A stretch of 60,246 nt of DNA, filler included, from Sphacelaria rigidula (Eukaryota), in the NCBI GenBank assembly GCA_964200075.2. It is 9 parts of 9 records of this genome, joined end to end, with 100 filler letters (N's around TTAATTAATTAA, not from the genome) between each part and the next. Parts side by side here need not be neighbours in the genome. Positions count along the whole stretch, not along the records: positions 20,118 to 26,722 come from CAXNAA020019104.1; positions 26,823 to 33,427 come from CAXNAA020019105.1; positions 33,528 to 40,132 come from CAXNAA020019106.1; 6 more parts are not named here. One strand, 5' to 3'. Of this stretch, positions 24,501-37,795 are shown piece after piece (position 1 is the first letter of the stretch; each line of letters opens with the position of its first letter). The notes under the pieces were generated by a model, which was given only the letters and a program-made list of their open reading frames with translations, had not been told where the DNA came from and searched no databases. Position numbers and translations under genes: made by a program.

Positions 24501-26600
24501 CGAGGAGAGAGTATAACCGATGAGGACATGTTATGACTCCGCGTTGTGTATATGAACGTCCCCCATTTATCCAACAGCTGATGAGATCCGTGGGTATCGA
24601 GCATTCGCTCTTCCGGTTCCAGAAAGCGCCTGTTGGTCTACAAGCGTGCGTGATGCACAAAATTTTGCGACTATTGATAGAATGATGAACGTATCGAATA
24701 ACGAGTGAGTAGATGACCACCTCCCGTCCGATATTCGGACGTAAATTGAGTATGGCAGTCCATGATGCTCATCACCATCATGTGATCATATATAGTGCAA
24801 TACGCCGTGCACCACGTAAGTTATGAACGCAAACGATCTGTCGCGCTTCGTACTGAAACGTCGGCCCTGCGTGTGTGGCACCCGCGAACACATGTACACA
24901 TATGAAATAATGATATTTTATCGAGGGGTGGCGGCTCGTTCGGTGGTGGGTGCAGCATCCGCCTTCGTGGCCACTGCGTCGCTGATGCCGCCAGGGAATA
25001 TTACGCCTTTGATGTACTTCCTCTCCGTCTCAGTCGGGAAATGTGGGCCACCGTTATATACCTGGTGTTTGGGCAGATCAATCACCAACAGCTTGTCGAA
25101 CTCCAGGGCATCATCCTCACACTTGAGGATGTTTACTACGGCTCTAAAATCGTCGCATACATCCGTAGACCCTTCCGTAAGATGCTGCGTGTGCAGCATC
25201 CCCAGAAGGGCATAGATGACGACGAGCTTCCCTCTGGTCGCCGCCTTCGTCGTGTCCTTGGCTCCTTGTGGTGTACCCATCATCTGCTCTAAGGTATGGA
25301 TATATCAGACAGTGGCTGCATGAACCTCAAGTTGAAAACGGAGACAATATCTGCGATGTGTATGGGGATGGTCGATTGCCAGTTATATGTCATTCTTGCT
25401 CCTGAGGCTTGTGGGACTGAGTTGTCGATGGTAGCCTTTACATCCCAGTTAATCCGCCGGTATACTGCGCCATTGATAAAATAAGTCATGCATCTCAAGT
25501 TGACCATTGGCATCATATACACGGACGAACGAATTCTCAAATGGCATGCCGGTAAGCGTTCATCTATCGGAGTTTGAATGATGCATAATACATTTATTTT
25601 TCAAGATTTGAATGATACACGCGGGTCTGTTTCAGAAACCGAGTCTCACATGTCTTCGTTATTGTAAGACATTCGTTCCCCGTTTGACTGGGAGTGCACC
25701 CATTCGATGTCTGCGTCGTATATACTGACATCGCTGCTAATATATTGTTTAGGTTTCACATTATCTGCATATTATGTAAACCGGGCGCTGTTGCGAACAA
25801 TTCATGCACTCACGAATTCGTAGATGGTGATACCGTCGAAAATGTATGGGTGCGCTCACGCACACACGTGAGCACTTCCCTCGTTCCCACAATGAACGAA
25901 TTCTTGTTGCTGTGGCGCGGGGTCTTCTTCTTAATCCGTCCATGGGCTTTCGCCAAAGTCGTGGACTTCGCCCCGCTGAGTGCGTCCTTGAACACCCGGT
26001 GATATGCGGCGTCTAGCCAATCGAAGACGTTTCTGGTTGCTCCCTTCGCCCCGTCCGACGTGTTGGGGTTCGTAGCCGTGTAAGTGTATGACTGTATCGC
26101 CTTACGGCTTTCCTGCTCATTAATCCGCGTTGCGGATGCCGTAGCAAAATCAAACTGAAGTTGCTGCCACCGCAACGCGGCTATCTTACCGCCATCTTCC
26201 TTATCTTCAGTCGCCACCCGCAGACATGCATTATGACGGCCTCGCTCCAGACATCGGAGGCGATACGATCTCCGTTAGCGGGATGATTGTATCTCGGCAA
26301 CGTTCTGTATAGGTATTTGCGTATGCGGCTTTCAAGATAGCACATCACGGCATTGTGAGGGTTGAGAATGTCGTGGGTCGATTTCCGAAACTGACCGCTT
26401 CGATCCAATGTACGTTTATCGGATGGTAATTTCGGAAGAGGTGCATGTGAATGTCGAAGGATATGGTCACCATCGTGTGCGTTGATAGGGATATCGTTCC
26501 TTACATATTGGAATCGCTTGGCTATCCAATGATGATATTATTCATCGGACCACTCTCAGAGATCGTATATTCGGCCAACGGATTCTCCATCCTTTAACAA
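21540..26600 (-). pseudogene. Unidentified decayed coding-like region with probable intron(s)
   Basis: A series of co-oriented protein-like minus-strand ORF pieces lies at 26181-26408, 25810-26217, 25289-25540, 24918-25283, 23263-23610, 23042-23335, 22317-22652, 21949-22152 and 21541-21849. A GT-AG intron candidate spans 23045-22844 (GG|GTGAGG ... TTTCTCACAG|). The region is interrupted by stops, frameshifts and a retro-insertion at 23663-23696. Confidence 0.45.
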
Positions 26601-26625
26601 GGAGATATTATGAACATTACAAGTA

Positions 26626-26722
26626 ACAGCCGATTTTCGAAAATGGGGTTGAAAAAAAAAAATGAGGTTGAACTCAAAAGCCGTGCTTTCCCTGACCTAC
26701 GTTCATGACAAATGACTTTCAT
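26626..26722 (+). mobile_element. Terminus of a second AACAGCCGAT-ended DNA element family
   Basis: AACAGCCGATTTTCGAAAATGGGGTTGAAAAAAAAAAATGAGGTTGAACTCAAAAGCCG is the near reverse complement of 6707-6763. Confidence 0.65.
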
Positions 26723-27382
26723 NNNNNNNNNNNNNNNNNNNNNNNNNNNNNNNNNNNNNNNNNNNNTTAATTAATTAANNNNNNNNNNNNNNNNNNNNNN
26801 NNNNNNNNNNNNNNNNNNNNNNCGGGTTCTCATCCTCAATCAAAAGCACCATCCTCAACATAGATGATTGGCTGTTTGTAATAGAGTATGAGGAAACCAA
26901 ACAGAGAAAACAACATTTGACCCAGAAAAAAAAACAGATGCGATACAAGCTAAACAGGAATCAAGAAGAAAGAATGTATGGCTAACTGTGATATGATCTC
27001 ACATAACCTCAAAAGATCCGGTGACGCAGGCGACCATTCGGACTGCAACAGTATCTTGCTGTTACAACGATTTTTCTGTTGAATATACCAGAAACCTGGG
27101 AACCTCGAGTTTGAAATCACTTCTACTGAATCAATTAGACGCCTGATGAGTATGCTCCATCCTTCCGTCAGTGCTATTCCTTTTCAATAATATGGAGGCG
27201 GTGCTTTTGGAGAATAGGCGCCCCAACACAGCACACCTGGCGTCTGATGAAGCCGAAAGTTGATGTTTGTGTGGGATCCAGCCGAAGCTAGGTGTCGACA
27301 CAGCAGTTTCGGCGATTTTACGGAGCGGGGGACTAAATGTCACACATAATAAAGTGAAGCATGAAACTAGCGCGGCAAGTAG

Positions 27383-27772
27383 CGGATTGGTGGTCGTGGG
27401 CGGATGCAGAAGTTGAAGCTGGAGCAGGACATGGTCGTTGGGTTGCTCGGTGGGACAGCAAGTACCATAGAGTACAAGGCGCACTATTTTCCCCGCGCAT
27501 CCTCCCTCCCTAGGGGGTGTGCTCATAATATTGCATGCCGTCGCCATAAGACCATTGAATTTGCATCCCTACGAGGCCTGGACGGAGCACGCCGGGTTTT
27601 TGCCGGATTAGGCTCGCAGTCACCATGCGCCCTTCCTAGGGGATTGATGATACTTTTTGGATGGAAAACAGTACGCCTTGTACTCTACGGTACCAGCTGT
27701 CCCACCGAGCTACCCCAGCGACCATGTCCTGGTCCAATTTTAACCTTGGCCTTCGCCATGATCACCAATCTG
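27383..27772. mobile_element. Foldback-type MITE (~110-bp inverted arms) with a family B insertion in its centre
   Basis: 27383-27492 is reverse-complement similar to 27663-27772 (e.g. CAGGACATGGTCGTTGGGTTGCTCGGTGGGACAGC vs GCTGTCCCACCGAGCTACCCCAGCGACCATGTCCTG). Confidence 0.8.
27517..27629 (-). mobile_element. 5'-truncated family B copy with 13-bp TSD
   Basis: Reverse 3' tail of family B, flanked by CCCTCCCTAGGGG (27504-27516) and CCCTTCCTAGGGG (27630-27642). Confidence 0.82.
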
Positions 27773-27961
27773 GTACATTTTGCGCGTATTTCTTCCTTGA
27801 TTTATCATGTCTGTAAGCACTCCCGTGGTCAAGACCAACGTCTCACGGCCCCACTCCTGACTTGAATTGCAAAAAAAAAAAACTCATTCCGACAGGAAAA
27901 TTGGTCCAGGCGCCGAATCCGAGGTGCCTTTGGCGATAATAGCATTCGTTTCACTGGAAAA

Positions 27962-28185
27962 TAGATAGTTTCGGAAAACGTTTTTTGTTATTTCAGGGTG
28001 CAAATATCTCAGGGTCAGAGTGCAGAATTATAAAAAAAATGCAGAATTATAGAAAAAAACACCTCATCGAAAAAACATCAAGGGGATACCACACTTAACG
28101 AAGTGAAAAATGTTCTTTCGTCACACTCTGATCCTGAGATATTTGCACTCTGACTTGACAGAAAAGCGTTTTCCGAAACTCTCTA
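27962..28185. mobile_element. Small MITE with ~60-bp inverted arms
   Basis: AGTTTCGGAAAACG...TCAGGGTGCAAATATCTCAGGGTCAGAGTG pairs with CACTCTGATCCTGAGATATTTGCACTCTGA...CGTTTTCCGAAACT. Confidence 0.78.
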
Positions 28186-28671
28186 ATGGCGTGTTTCACA
28201 TTCGAGATTTCCAGTTCGTGGTACTCAAGACGGGCTATCAAAAAAAGCATCCCGGAAATCGCGTCTACGGTAAACGATGTTTTCGTGAGACTTTGATAAT
28301 TGAGAGTGAGATTTTATTATTTGCTCCAACTGGACCATTTTTTCATTTTGCGTGTTGTGCTCTACTTTGCCTGTGACGCAGTCGTACGGTTACAGCTACA
28401 GGTCAATATCCTACTCAGTGATATCAAAGACTTCGGTGGCAAGCTTCTACAGAAAGCGCGTACAAGGCGCGGTGGGGTACTTCGGGACTAGAATGATTCC
28501 GTTCATATACCATTCTTGTGCGTGATCGACGATTTATTTTCGGGTAGTTGATAGCCAACCACTTGCCGCGCGAAACTTGGTTTCGTGATTGACCCGACTT
28601 GCCTTCTGAATCAAAAGAGTGACTGTAGGCATCCCACCGAAGGACTCCATCGCAGGTGGCAAGCCAAATGG

Positions 28672-29210
28672 CAGGCCCTGACTTCTACGGCATGCCGACG
28701 GGGGGTCTAAGGCAAACCGTTTGAGGCACGTCTCAGGCAAAATAGTTGGCCTCAGGCAACTGCTAAGGCATGCCTTACCCCATATTCATGCCTGAAATGC
28801 CTTAGTTTATAGATCGGGATGCCTTAGACTTGACATAGACTTCCCTTAGACAATCACTCCGGTTACCCGAATATTTGGAGTGGGTGTTGTCATAAGCTTG
28901 ACATATTGCTCTTGTTTTTGTGGTATAATGTGTTTGCCTTTCTCAAATAACGCATCTCAGGCATAAAATACCTCATCAGGCAACCCCTTTACGAGAAGGG
29001 GCTCTAAGGCGAGAAGTCAAACCCCGGTATTCCTATTAATTGGAGTTGGCGTCGTCATTCGTGTGCCTTACATTCCATTCCTTGTTGCAGTGTATGTGTT
29101 TGCCTCGCCCAAACAAGGCATCTCAGGCGCCATACACCCTCTCAGGAAACCCCTTTCTGAAAAGGGGCTCTAAGGCATAGAGTAAGGCATGCCTTAGAAG
29201 TCAGGGCCTA
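28672..29210. mobile_element. hAT-like MITE (539 bp) with 8-bp TSD
   Basis: TIR CAGGCCCTGACTTCTACGGCATGCC pairs with GGCATGCCTTAGAAGTCAGGGCCTA. Flanks are CCAAATGG (28664-28671) and CCAGATGG (29211-29218). Subterminal AGGCA/TGCCT motifs are repeated. Confidence 0.85.
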
Positions 29211-29769
29211 CCAGATGGAGGCAAGATATGCCGATATTTAGAGAATAATCTACACCGCGAAACAAGAAGCCACTCGCTTAATTTTGATTTTAATTTTAAT
29301 TTATTATTTATTGTTTTATATGTCGCTTTGAACCCCTCCCCTTCCTCGGGACGAATCTGTGGTCTCAAGGGACCGATCCATCCATCTTTCCCCGGTCAAG
29401 CAGGACGTACCTGATGTGTACCGGTTGGGTTGGAGTACTTCATACCCTTGACAGTTCATGGTCAATAGTTGTAATCGACAAAAAAATGTACTGCGTGAAG
29501 TGAAGGCCTATTGCAACTATTGACGGCTGACAATATAGCTGCAATAGGCCGTTACTTTACGCAGTATATTTCTTGTCTATTACTACTATTTACATTGACC
29601 ATATATTATTGTCCAATGTGTGGAATACTTCGACATGGGTTTCATTGCCAGCATGGTTTGCTTGCTAGATTGACTAGATTCCAACAAACTGTGCCCTGTC
29701 CATCGCGTGCTACGTCAGGATATGCCGTGTGGACGCTCGTCAAACATCCTCGGCGCGTGCTGGCATGGC

Positions 29770-30890
29770 ATGTGACGATATCACATATCATATCAGACAT
29801 TTTTCGAAATACGGTATCTAGTTAGGCATTAGCTCCGTGAGCACGTTTAAAAAAAAAATAAGCTCCGTTTTTTTTCTATGTAGGCTTTGCCTCCTCGTTT
29901 TATTCCCTCATTTTAAGCTCTTTCCGCGAAAATATGCGTACTTTATGCGCCGTCCTTGTTGTGGCACTGTGGCAGTATCCCCTCACGAGGCGCGCCTTCT
30001 AGAATGAGGAGAAGACGACAATGTGGGCATTCGAAGTTTTAAAAATTGTTCTTCATTGAAAAATAGGACTTTTCTCCGATCGTGGAGTTTGAACGCTACC
30101 GCAAAGCACCTATCGAAACAACATGTCCGCACTACGGTACACTCATAATACATGATGCAGCAGTGGGTAGTTGCAGCCTCTAGACACAGGGTATTGCAGC
30201 CTTTGGCCTCTCGCCCGGAAAGCTTCAAGCTACAAGCTATCGCCCCCACCCCCCACCCCCCCATCATCTACCATCAGTCGACATTTGAAATCGTGTCAAA
30301 CTTCTGGCTCCGATTGTACTTGAGCATAACCGCGGCTTCGACCTCTTCCGGCTCTGCCACAGTGACTTCACTTGTCATCACTTGCAGTCACTTCTCGCTG
30401 CTGCTTTCACTGATTATCCCTCCAAAACGCTGTAGGTTGCACGCTGTACAATGTACAATGGGCCCTGTGGCACAACTATTGCACAAAATATTGATTACAT
30501 TTTTCAATTCAACGTAGTATCAAAGATGTGAAACACAAAGGGAAGGGTTTTTCGGATCAGATCCGCATCCATGGCAGTTTGCAGTATTGAATATGGAGGC
30601 CTGTCTGGTGATAAGTAACGAGTGGCGAGTCACGCCATAGGCCGTAGGGAGTACTTTCAAGCAGCTGATACATCGGCTGCAGGAGGCGCATGAAAAAATA
30701 TCGCAATTTTATGCGCGTTTCGAGCATATTTCAAGCTTTTCAAACATTTCAAGCCCGAGAATCCCAAATTAAGCGTAGCTAAACCTCAAGCGCGCTTACG
30801 GAGCTAGTGCCTATATTTAGTGCGGTTCGAGAACTTCACGATGATCTTATTCTTGACATATTATTGAGGTCAATATGTGATATTTCAGGG
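29770..30890 (-). mobile_element. Old DNA-transposon relic with imperfect inverted ends and possible hAT dimerisation-domain remnant
   Basis: AGGCATTAGCTCCGTGAGCACGTT (~29825) pairs with AAGCGCGCTTACGGAGCTAGTGCCT (~30788). The minus strand at 30000-30300 reads NVDWW*...TLCLEAATT...FDRCFAVAFKLHDRRK, loosely like WW...L-IPATS...ER-FS. Confidence 0.4.
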
Positions 30891-33800
30891 TTTCATGCGA
30901 CGAAGGCACAATTGACGACCGTCTCCTTCGAAAATCTCTCGTTGGTGAAGAGCCCGATGATTTAAACGGGAAGAGCCTGGGCGAGACAAAAACTGAAGCA
31001 TTCATACAACCATAGCCTGGCAACTAGTCGGTTATATAAAAGCTTTTTGGCGATGACCAAACCAATATGTACCATTTAACTGGTTAGTGGTTGCGCTACG
31101 CGTAACCACTCAACGGGATAACGGTTAGGCAAACCAATTCCGAGCTCTACTGGCAACTGAGATCGGTACAAAAGACATATCCTATGCCGCAGCACAGGTA
31201 ATGCACAGTGCAGTGCAAACATATCGCCGCCTCGAAGCAACCTATCACCGTTCATGGGCGAAGCACACGGAGGCTCCTCAACAAAACTTGCCATGAGGAG
31301 AAAGGGCGGGCCACCGACCCCAGAAAACGTGACGGGCGCGACGGCCGGAACCATAACAAGAGAAGAAAGTGACGGACGGGATGGGGGGGATATTCCGTTG
31401 TCCTCCGGAAGACCTGACGATCCGTCACGAACGGCATGAGTGCGACAACCGCCAGACAAAAGCAGGACGGGCGGGACAAGCGAGGTAATATGTCCCGTCC
31501 CGCGTCTCAGGGGATAAATGGATCCCGTCTCGTCAGATTTCTCGTCCCGGTCTCCCAGAAATGTGTACGTAAACAAGCCAGGATCAGCGCATTCAGACCA
31601 GAGTGTAGTGGAACTGATTGTTATAGGCATTGACCGAGGGCTATTGTTAATCGTTTCCTACGTGGAGCAGCCCTCAATGACACTGCAACAGTCACACTGC
31701 ACGGGAGAGCCGCTGTGGAATCTGCCAGTCGTTTTCAATGGGAAACATGATGTCTATTCAACGTATGACCCACCATAGCGGTCAAAGGGTTCATTCAACC
31801 AAGTGAGACCAAGTGAGCGCCGCAGAAGCTGACACCGAATGTGGCAAACAGTTCAAAATCGGGAGGCGAAAAAAAAAGCCGAAGAGCAGCCCTTCACGAC
31901 CAATGCTATCAGTCACTGCGACTTCTTATCGTACCACGCTAATGTTTTGGAGCCTCGTGAGAGCTCACACCCTGCCGAAACTGAGTCTGTCGACGCAGGA
32001 AACCTGGACAAGGGAAGGCATATTTCACGGTACGTTTGTATGCCTACTTAGAAGTACGCAAGACATAAGCCATTAATGTAGTTCGCAAAGATCGAACTGA
32101 CGATAGAAGCGCTCATTCACCGTGGGATGGACAGGACCGCAGACCCTAATAAAAAACGGACGGAGTATTCCGTCCGGTCTGTCGTATCGTATTTTCTATC
32201 CTATTTGGCAAGCCCTTCTTTTTTTTGGCATATTTTCATTGTGTACTGCACAACTTGCACCATTTGATATCATTATTACGGGATAAACATTTCGACCACC
32301 ATCAGTTCATCCAAGCCCAGGTACCTACAACCAATCATTTTGTATGTAGTTGCTGCCGCAGAAAATACATCCAACGCTCCGTGATCAGCGTGCTAACCCT
32401 GTTTTTAATCCCACACCCATACGGATAGCGGAATTTCTCCCACGGCCAACTTGGCTCGGAGGCATCTTGTTTCAGGTGGCAGCGCGCGTATCTGAATAAA
32501 CGGCGTAGAGGTTAAGTACGTACATTCAAATCCGTGCGGGAGAACCCCAAAACGGCTTCAACTACAAGTCAAGTACATATGCATGACCTTCAAACGGCTT
32601 CGTTTGGTCATTCTCGTCAGAAACGTTCTTCAATACTTTGCAAGGAGTGTGCGCTGGCACCCACAGCTATTGAAATATACTCAAGTATACTCTGCTCATG
32701 ATTTGGCAATCTTGGTAATTCCGAGACAATGCTGGCACACGTTGAGCGTGTTAAGATATCGAATGGATGCATTTCACATCTTCCCAGTCATTCGTACCCT
32801 GCCATCTACTCTACTGTTGTACGGCACATAAGCACAGCCGTTTTTCCATCAGCGACTGAAAATAGACAGATACAGCACAATTAGTGTGTCATCACTTTGC
32901 ACTGCGACTAGCCTACTGTGCGCTGAGTCCATCTCTGCTCAGTGTTGTACGGGAACAATATAATGTGACTATTCCCTTCAATCGAGCAGAAATACTCAAG
33001 GGTAAGGACCTGGGGCTGGGTAGTCTCCGGACCCCCGAAAACCGGCCAGCACGTAAGTCGTTCAATAATGAGCGCAGATGTGATCTTATTTCGGAATGTT
33101 GACGGGATGCTTCATATCTCCCGATCCCGAACTTCGGAACCAAACGTTCACAAGATGAGCGGTGGCACACGAAATCACCTCCGAACATCCCGGACGAAGA
33201 AAAATATATAAAAATCTCCTACAAAGTTTTTCAGATGAAAACTACCGCACTACTGTCTGCACTTCACCACACAAGAAGCATGCGACAGAACGTTACGGAG
33301 CACGTACTTTTGCTGGAACCATCAGCACAACTGCCAGTGCGGCGAGTGATTCTACGGTAGGGGGGGGCGTACTCATTTGTTGCTTGCCTTAGTCATTTGA
33401 CCATTGACCACGCATCCCTTTCGAGACNNNNNNNNNNNNNNNNNNNNNNNNNNNNNNNNNNNNNNNNNNNNTTAATTAATTAANNNNNNNNNNNNNNNNN
33501 NNNNNNNNNNNNNNNNNNNNNNNNNNNAGTCCTTACTAAGTCTTCGTCATTATCCCCCGCTGAAACATCAAACAGAGGTTTTGAGGTGGGGGGGGGGGGG
33601 CTCTGCATTCGTAGCAAGGGTGACAACTGTTCTCGTCCGCTTTGACTGGGGTCTCAAGGGAGTTGCGGTCGTCGACGTGAGCGTTTACCCTGTCTTTATC
33701 GCCGGTGGGGTCGGTCATGCGGTGGTGCAGAGTGCTGACACCGATGTCCACGCCACACGCAAGGCAGACGAAGAGGATCCGTTTCTTGGGGCCCTTCGGC

Positions 33801-35129
33801 CCTGGATTCGTTCCCTGGGATACAGAGACATGGGTGTTGCACACGGAGCACCTGTTGATGTTGAACGAATCAGGGGAAGGACGAGCGGACGGTTGCGGAA
33901 CGTTCAGCGAGGAAAGTACGGAAGAAACCATAGTTGAACCATGAGCAAATGCGTGATCAACGGGTGTTGGAAGCGAAATTGTCAAGTGGTTGGAAACAGC
34001 AAGAAGTTGAATAACAGGTTGCTTCCGGTAATCATGTTACGAGCTGAGCTAGTCTGAAGAATTTTGGAGCGGTTGACCACCTTTGCGCGGCCGGTCTAAG
34101 AGTCGAAAGCTGAAATTTGAGGGGAACTCCTTGATGGCCTCATCGTGGTAAGACCACGGGCATGTTAGTAACTGTGGCATTTTCTACAATCAGATTTCGA
34201 GTATGAGACCGACGCGAACACGCAAGTACATAATGTAGAAGTGAGTTGTATTGCGTAAACACGGGAAAAGTGGGAGGTCCTCTTCTTGCGAACCGTCCTC
34301 CGTGTGTGGTAAATCGTGGGCTGAATTTGGATGGTGTTATCACCTCTTATGGGAACGTACACCGAACACATGCATCAATTGGGCTGGGAACCGGACCAGT
34401 TGATGCTGTCTATTTCTACTGTAACTGGAGGTGAACCGGAAATGGCTAAGAGAGCGCCAATTGTTCAGTTTGTCTGGGGTTTTGTCTGACCGGGTACTTT
34501 TGCAATAGTTTTCAATATGGCGAGTTTATTACAAAGAAGCACTATAAAAATTAGACTGTACGATTGAAGTCTGCACTCTACAGTAATACAGGTACCACAA
34601 ACTTCGTTGGTAACTGGTTGTTCTGCAGATTTCCATCTATCGACCATAGCGGGTAAGTCAACGGTTTGTCAGCCGAATGAGGAAAATGAAAAAATAAACA
34701 AGAAGCGTTACTTCTTCATGGTCGGACGCTTGCTGCGGAAGTGCCGAACGCCAGACCCAAATTGCCAATTGCATGATAAAGAGCGTTCTGAACATGACCC
34801 AGTACATACACACTAGAGTAGTCGGCGTCAGAAGTATGCGCAATTCGTAACTTCTTAGTTTCTCGAAGAGTTTCCAAATCTGTTTCGCTTGTCACCGCTC
34901 ATCACAGTGACTGTTGGGTGCCAACAAATGGGCATCTGGAGACAATTTGATCCCCTTGAAAAAGTTTGAAAGAAAAATATCTGCTATCAATGTTGAGTGA
35001 CTTACGGGCTTGACCGCCTTTCGAGGGCCCTGCAAACATTTCAACCCCATGTTCTAGCGTTTCGGTATTTTCGGTGGACCGACTCGATCCCGATCATATT
35101 AGTAAAGACTCAATAATCATTGTTTTTGA

Positions 35130-35725
35130 TGAAATTCGACCTGTTCATTGCGCTGAAGCCGGAAAACTATTTTTCTCGGACCATTCGCGGTCAATAACAC
35201 CCTCCTGATAAACGGGGTCTTCACTCCGTATCGCCCCCCGAACACCAACTTTGGCATTGTGATTTGAGCACAATCTGCTTATTTAGCCAAAACTGTCGAC
35301 GCTAGCACTTCGAGTGCTCATGGAAAATGAGATGCCAGAAAACCCCGAGAAGAGGCCATCCACAGGAAATGCTTGGCTGAGTTTGTGCAGTATAGAAGGG
35401 AAACACGATCTCGGTCGTTATTACGAAGACTTGTATACGTATTCATTTACCTGAATATTTACCGTTTTATCTCGATCGTTAACGTGAAGAATTGTAAACG
35501 TATTCATTTATCAGAATATTTACCGTTTCTCGTTGCGGAAGAGCCGGAAAACTGTTTTTATTGACCCAAAAACGGCCAATAACACCCTACTGATGAACGG
35601 GGTATGTAGTCCGTATCGCCCCAAAAACACCTACTTGGGCACCGCAGTTTGAGCGCGGCCTACACTTTTCCCCTACATCTACCGGAGCTAGCACTTTCAA
35701 GTGGTAATAAAGAATAGTACTCGAG
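35130..35725 (+). repeat. Pair of ~180-bp direct repeats enclosing a ~63-bp tandem duplication
   Basis: GCCGGAAAACT...CAATAACACCCT(C/A)CTGAT(A/G)AACGGGGT...TCCGTATCGCCCC occurs at ~35158 and ~35543. ACGTATTCATTTA..GAATATTTACCGTTT occurs twice at 35437-35530. Confidence 0.7.
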
Positions 35726-35865
35726 AAAACTCAAAAACTACAACATCAACGAATTCTGAAGACTTCTGATGCTGACTACTATACACCTCGAAGTGATGCA
35801 GCAGATTTGTTCCTCATCCGAAAAAGCAATGACAAATGGTAACCCGCGATCACAAAATAGACAAA

Positions 35866-36202
35866 GCCGGTCGCCCCGGTGGCTCAGTTGGTAACCTCGA
35901 GACCTTTTGACGGTTGGGTCTTGGGTTCAATTCTCGGAGCGATCTGGGCGTTTTCTCACACAATGCCTAACAGTGGAGACCGACCCTGTCGTGGGTACAC
36001 AAAATTCGACTGGACGGTCGACGAGGAAAAGGGACTGCTGCAAGCACCGCAGAAGGGTGGAATGCTAAAAAGAAATGAAAGAGAGAAAGCTCCTGTGTTG
36101 ACCTTCCTCCTGTGTGACCCCGGCTGTTGCACCCACATTGACCGAAAGGTGTAGACTGGCGCCCAGAATAGATGGGACGACAACACAACACAACACACAC
36201 AA
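35866..36202 (+). mobile_element. tRNA-derived SINE, apparently full length, CA-rich tail
   Basis: The head GCCGGTCGCCCCGGTGGCTCAGTTGGTAACCTCG...GGGTTCAATTC carries Pol III A and B boxes. The body is shared with 9614-9740 and 36614-36790, and the tail is ACAACACAACACAACACACAC. Confidence 0.82.
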
Positions 36203-36504
36203 GCATTCTATTCAACGACAGGCGTGTGCTTCGATCCGGACGTGGAGAATTATGCGCCCTTGTCCCCGGGTACTGCCAGTCTTGGCTTACTTGCTCCCAT
36301 CCTCCGCTCCCCATGGAGAGTCTCTGTTGCTGCAACCACAGATGGATGATTTTCGAATCGCCCACCACGCTGAATGGCATTTTCGAGCAGTACAAGCCTC
36401 TCAGCTGGTGAATGTGAGAGTGTGTGCATTTTTTACAACTGTTCACGATTTGATAAGGGGAAGTAAGTCAAACGCAGTGATGTTTTTGCTGTATAGACGT
36501 AACC

Positions 36505-36800
36505 GCACTGTTGGGCATGAGAAAAAATCCCGGATCTTCTGAGATTCGAACCCACGACCCAATCGTCAGAAGGTGTCGAGGTTACCAACTAAGCCACCGG
36601 GGCGACCGGCTGGAGTGGAGAGCGACTATGTCGTGCGTACACAAATTTCGACTTCACGGTCGACGAGGGGAGGGACCACTGAGCCCGTCTCTCGGTAAAA
36701 CGAAAGGCACGCACCGCAGAAGGGAGGTGGGGTGATCAAAAGAAATTAATAAAAAAGAAACTCCTGTGTGAGCCTTCCTCTGTGCGAAAAAAGTATTTCC
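36505..36800 (+). mobile_element. tRNA-derived SINE with inverted 5' head
   Basis: 36505-36610 is the reverse complement of the SINE head (B box GGTTCGAATC). The forward body resumes at 36614. Confidence 0.78.
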
Positions 36801-37656
36801 ACCAATAAAGGGGAAAATAAGAACCCACCCACACCTTCTCTTGTGACCGATCCCGCGTCGTTCTATTTATTCCGAAGCCCACTTCTTCTAAATCTGAGGC
36901 GTCAGACCAGCTTGTATCACAGCCAATCCCGAATCTGGCGGGACCCCGATTCGACACATATCGGGGGGACTCATATTCGCGTGTACGCCTGAATGTGTCA
37001 TGGTTTCACAGATTAGTTGGAAATGTTCTGTACACGGAGGATCATTCTCCGCGGGGGTAGGGTGTCACAATGTAGCTGAAGAACAGGCAGGCAGTGAATC
37101 ATCTTTCAAGAGCAGCGTCGTACCGTGGTACCCTAGGGTCAAATGCAGTGCAATACACTCCACAATCACAGTACACGGTAATGCCGTGTGGTAATACATA
37201 CCGATATAGTCGACATTGCGAGAACAGTGCACAGTGTGCGACAAGAGTTCACGAGTGCAGTGTCATTTATCGCCCTTCAAGCCAGCGACAGCAGAGGGTA
37301 GCATAGTACAATACCGTCTGCTATGGTTCACATAGACAGTAGCGCAGTGCAGCATAAAACATTACCATCGCGCCAGGGTACGGCGTCAACACTTCTTACC
37401 CGCTTGTCAAACCCCGTGCGAAGCGCAGCTCTGCCAGCACAGACAGGTCAGTAGTGCAAGGTTGCACGTACAGACTACTGTACTCGCGAGCACATCAGGT
37501 TTCTGTACACTACAGAAAGTATAACGGTACGAGTACACATACCCTGCACCCCAAAAAGCTCGGATTCGGCAGCGGTGTTGTCGGCAATGTCTGTACTTCT
37601 ACACCGTCTAACGGGAAGACTTACCTTAATATATGTTGGCATCGATTTCCTGGCCG

Positions 37657-37795
37657 GTTCGTGGTTGCTCTCTCCTCTATCCCTATGCAAAGCTTCACGA
37701 GGTCATGCAGCGGGAAGTCAATCACGATTCGTGGTTGCTTTCTCCTCTATCCCTTCGTAAAGCTTCACGGGTGAATGAACCGGGAAGTCGATCAT
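37657..37795 (+). repeat. Two-copy ~70-bp tandem duplication
   Basis: TTCGTGGTTGCT(C/T)TCTCCTCTATCCCT...AAAGCTTCACG...CGGGAAGTC occurs twice. Confidence 0.85.

Noticed and set aside
35866..35945. Functional tRNA gene
   Set aside because: A and B boxes are present, but I could not fold a proper acceptor stem. Three diverged copies each attach to the same downstream body, so it is a SINE head.
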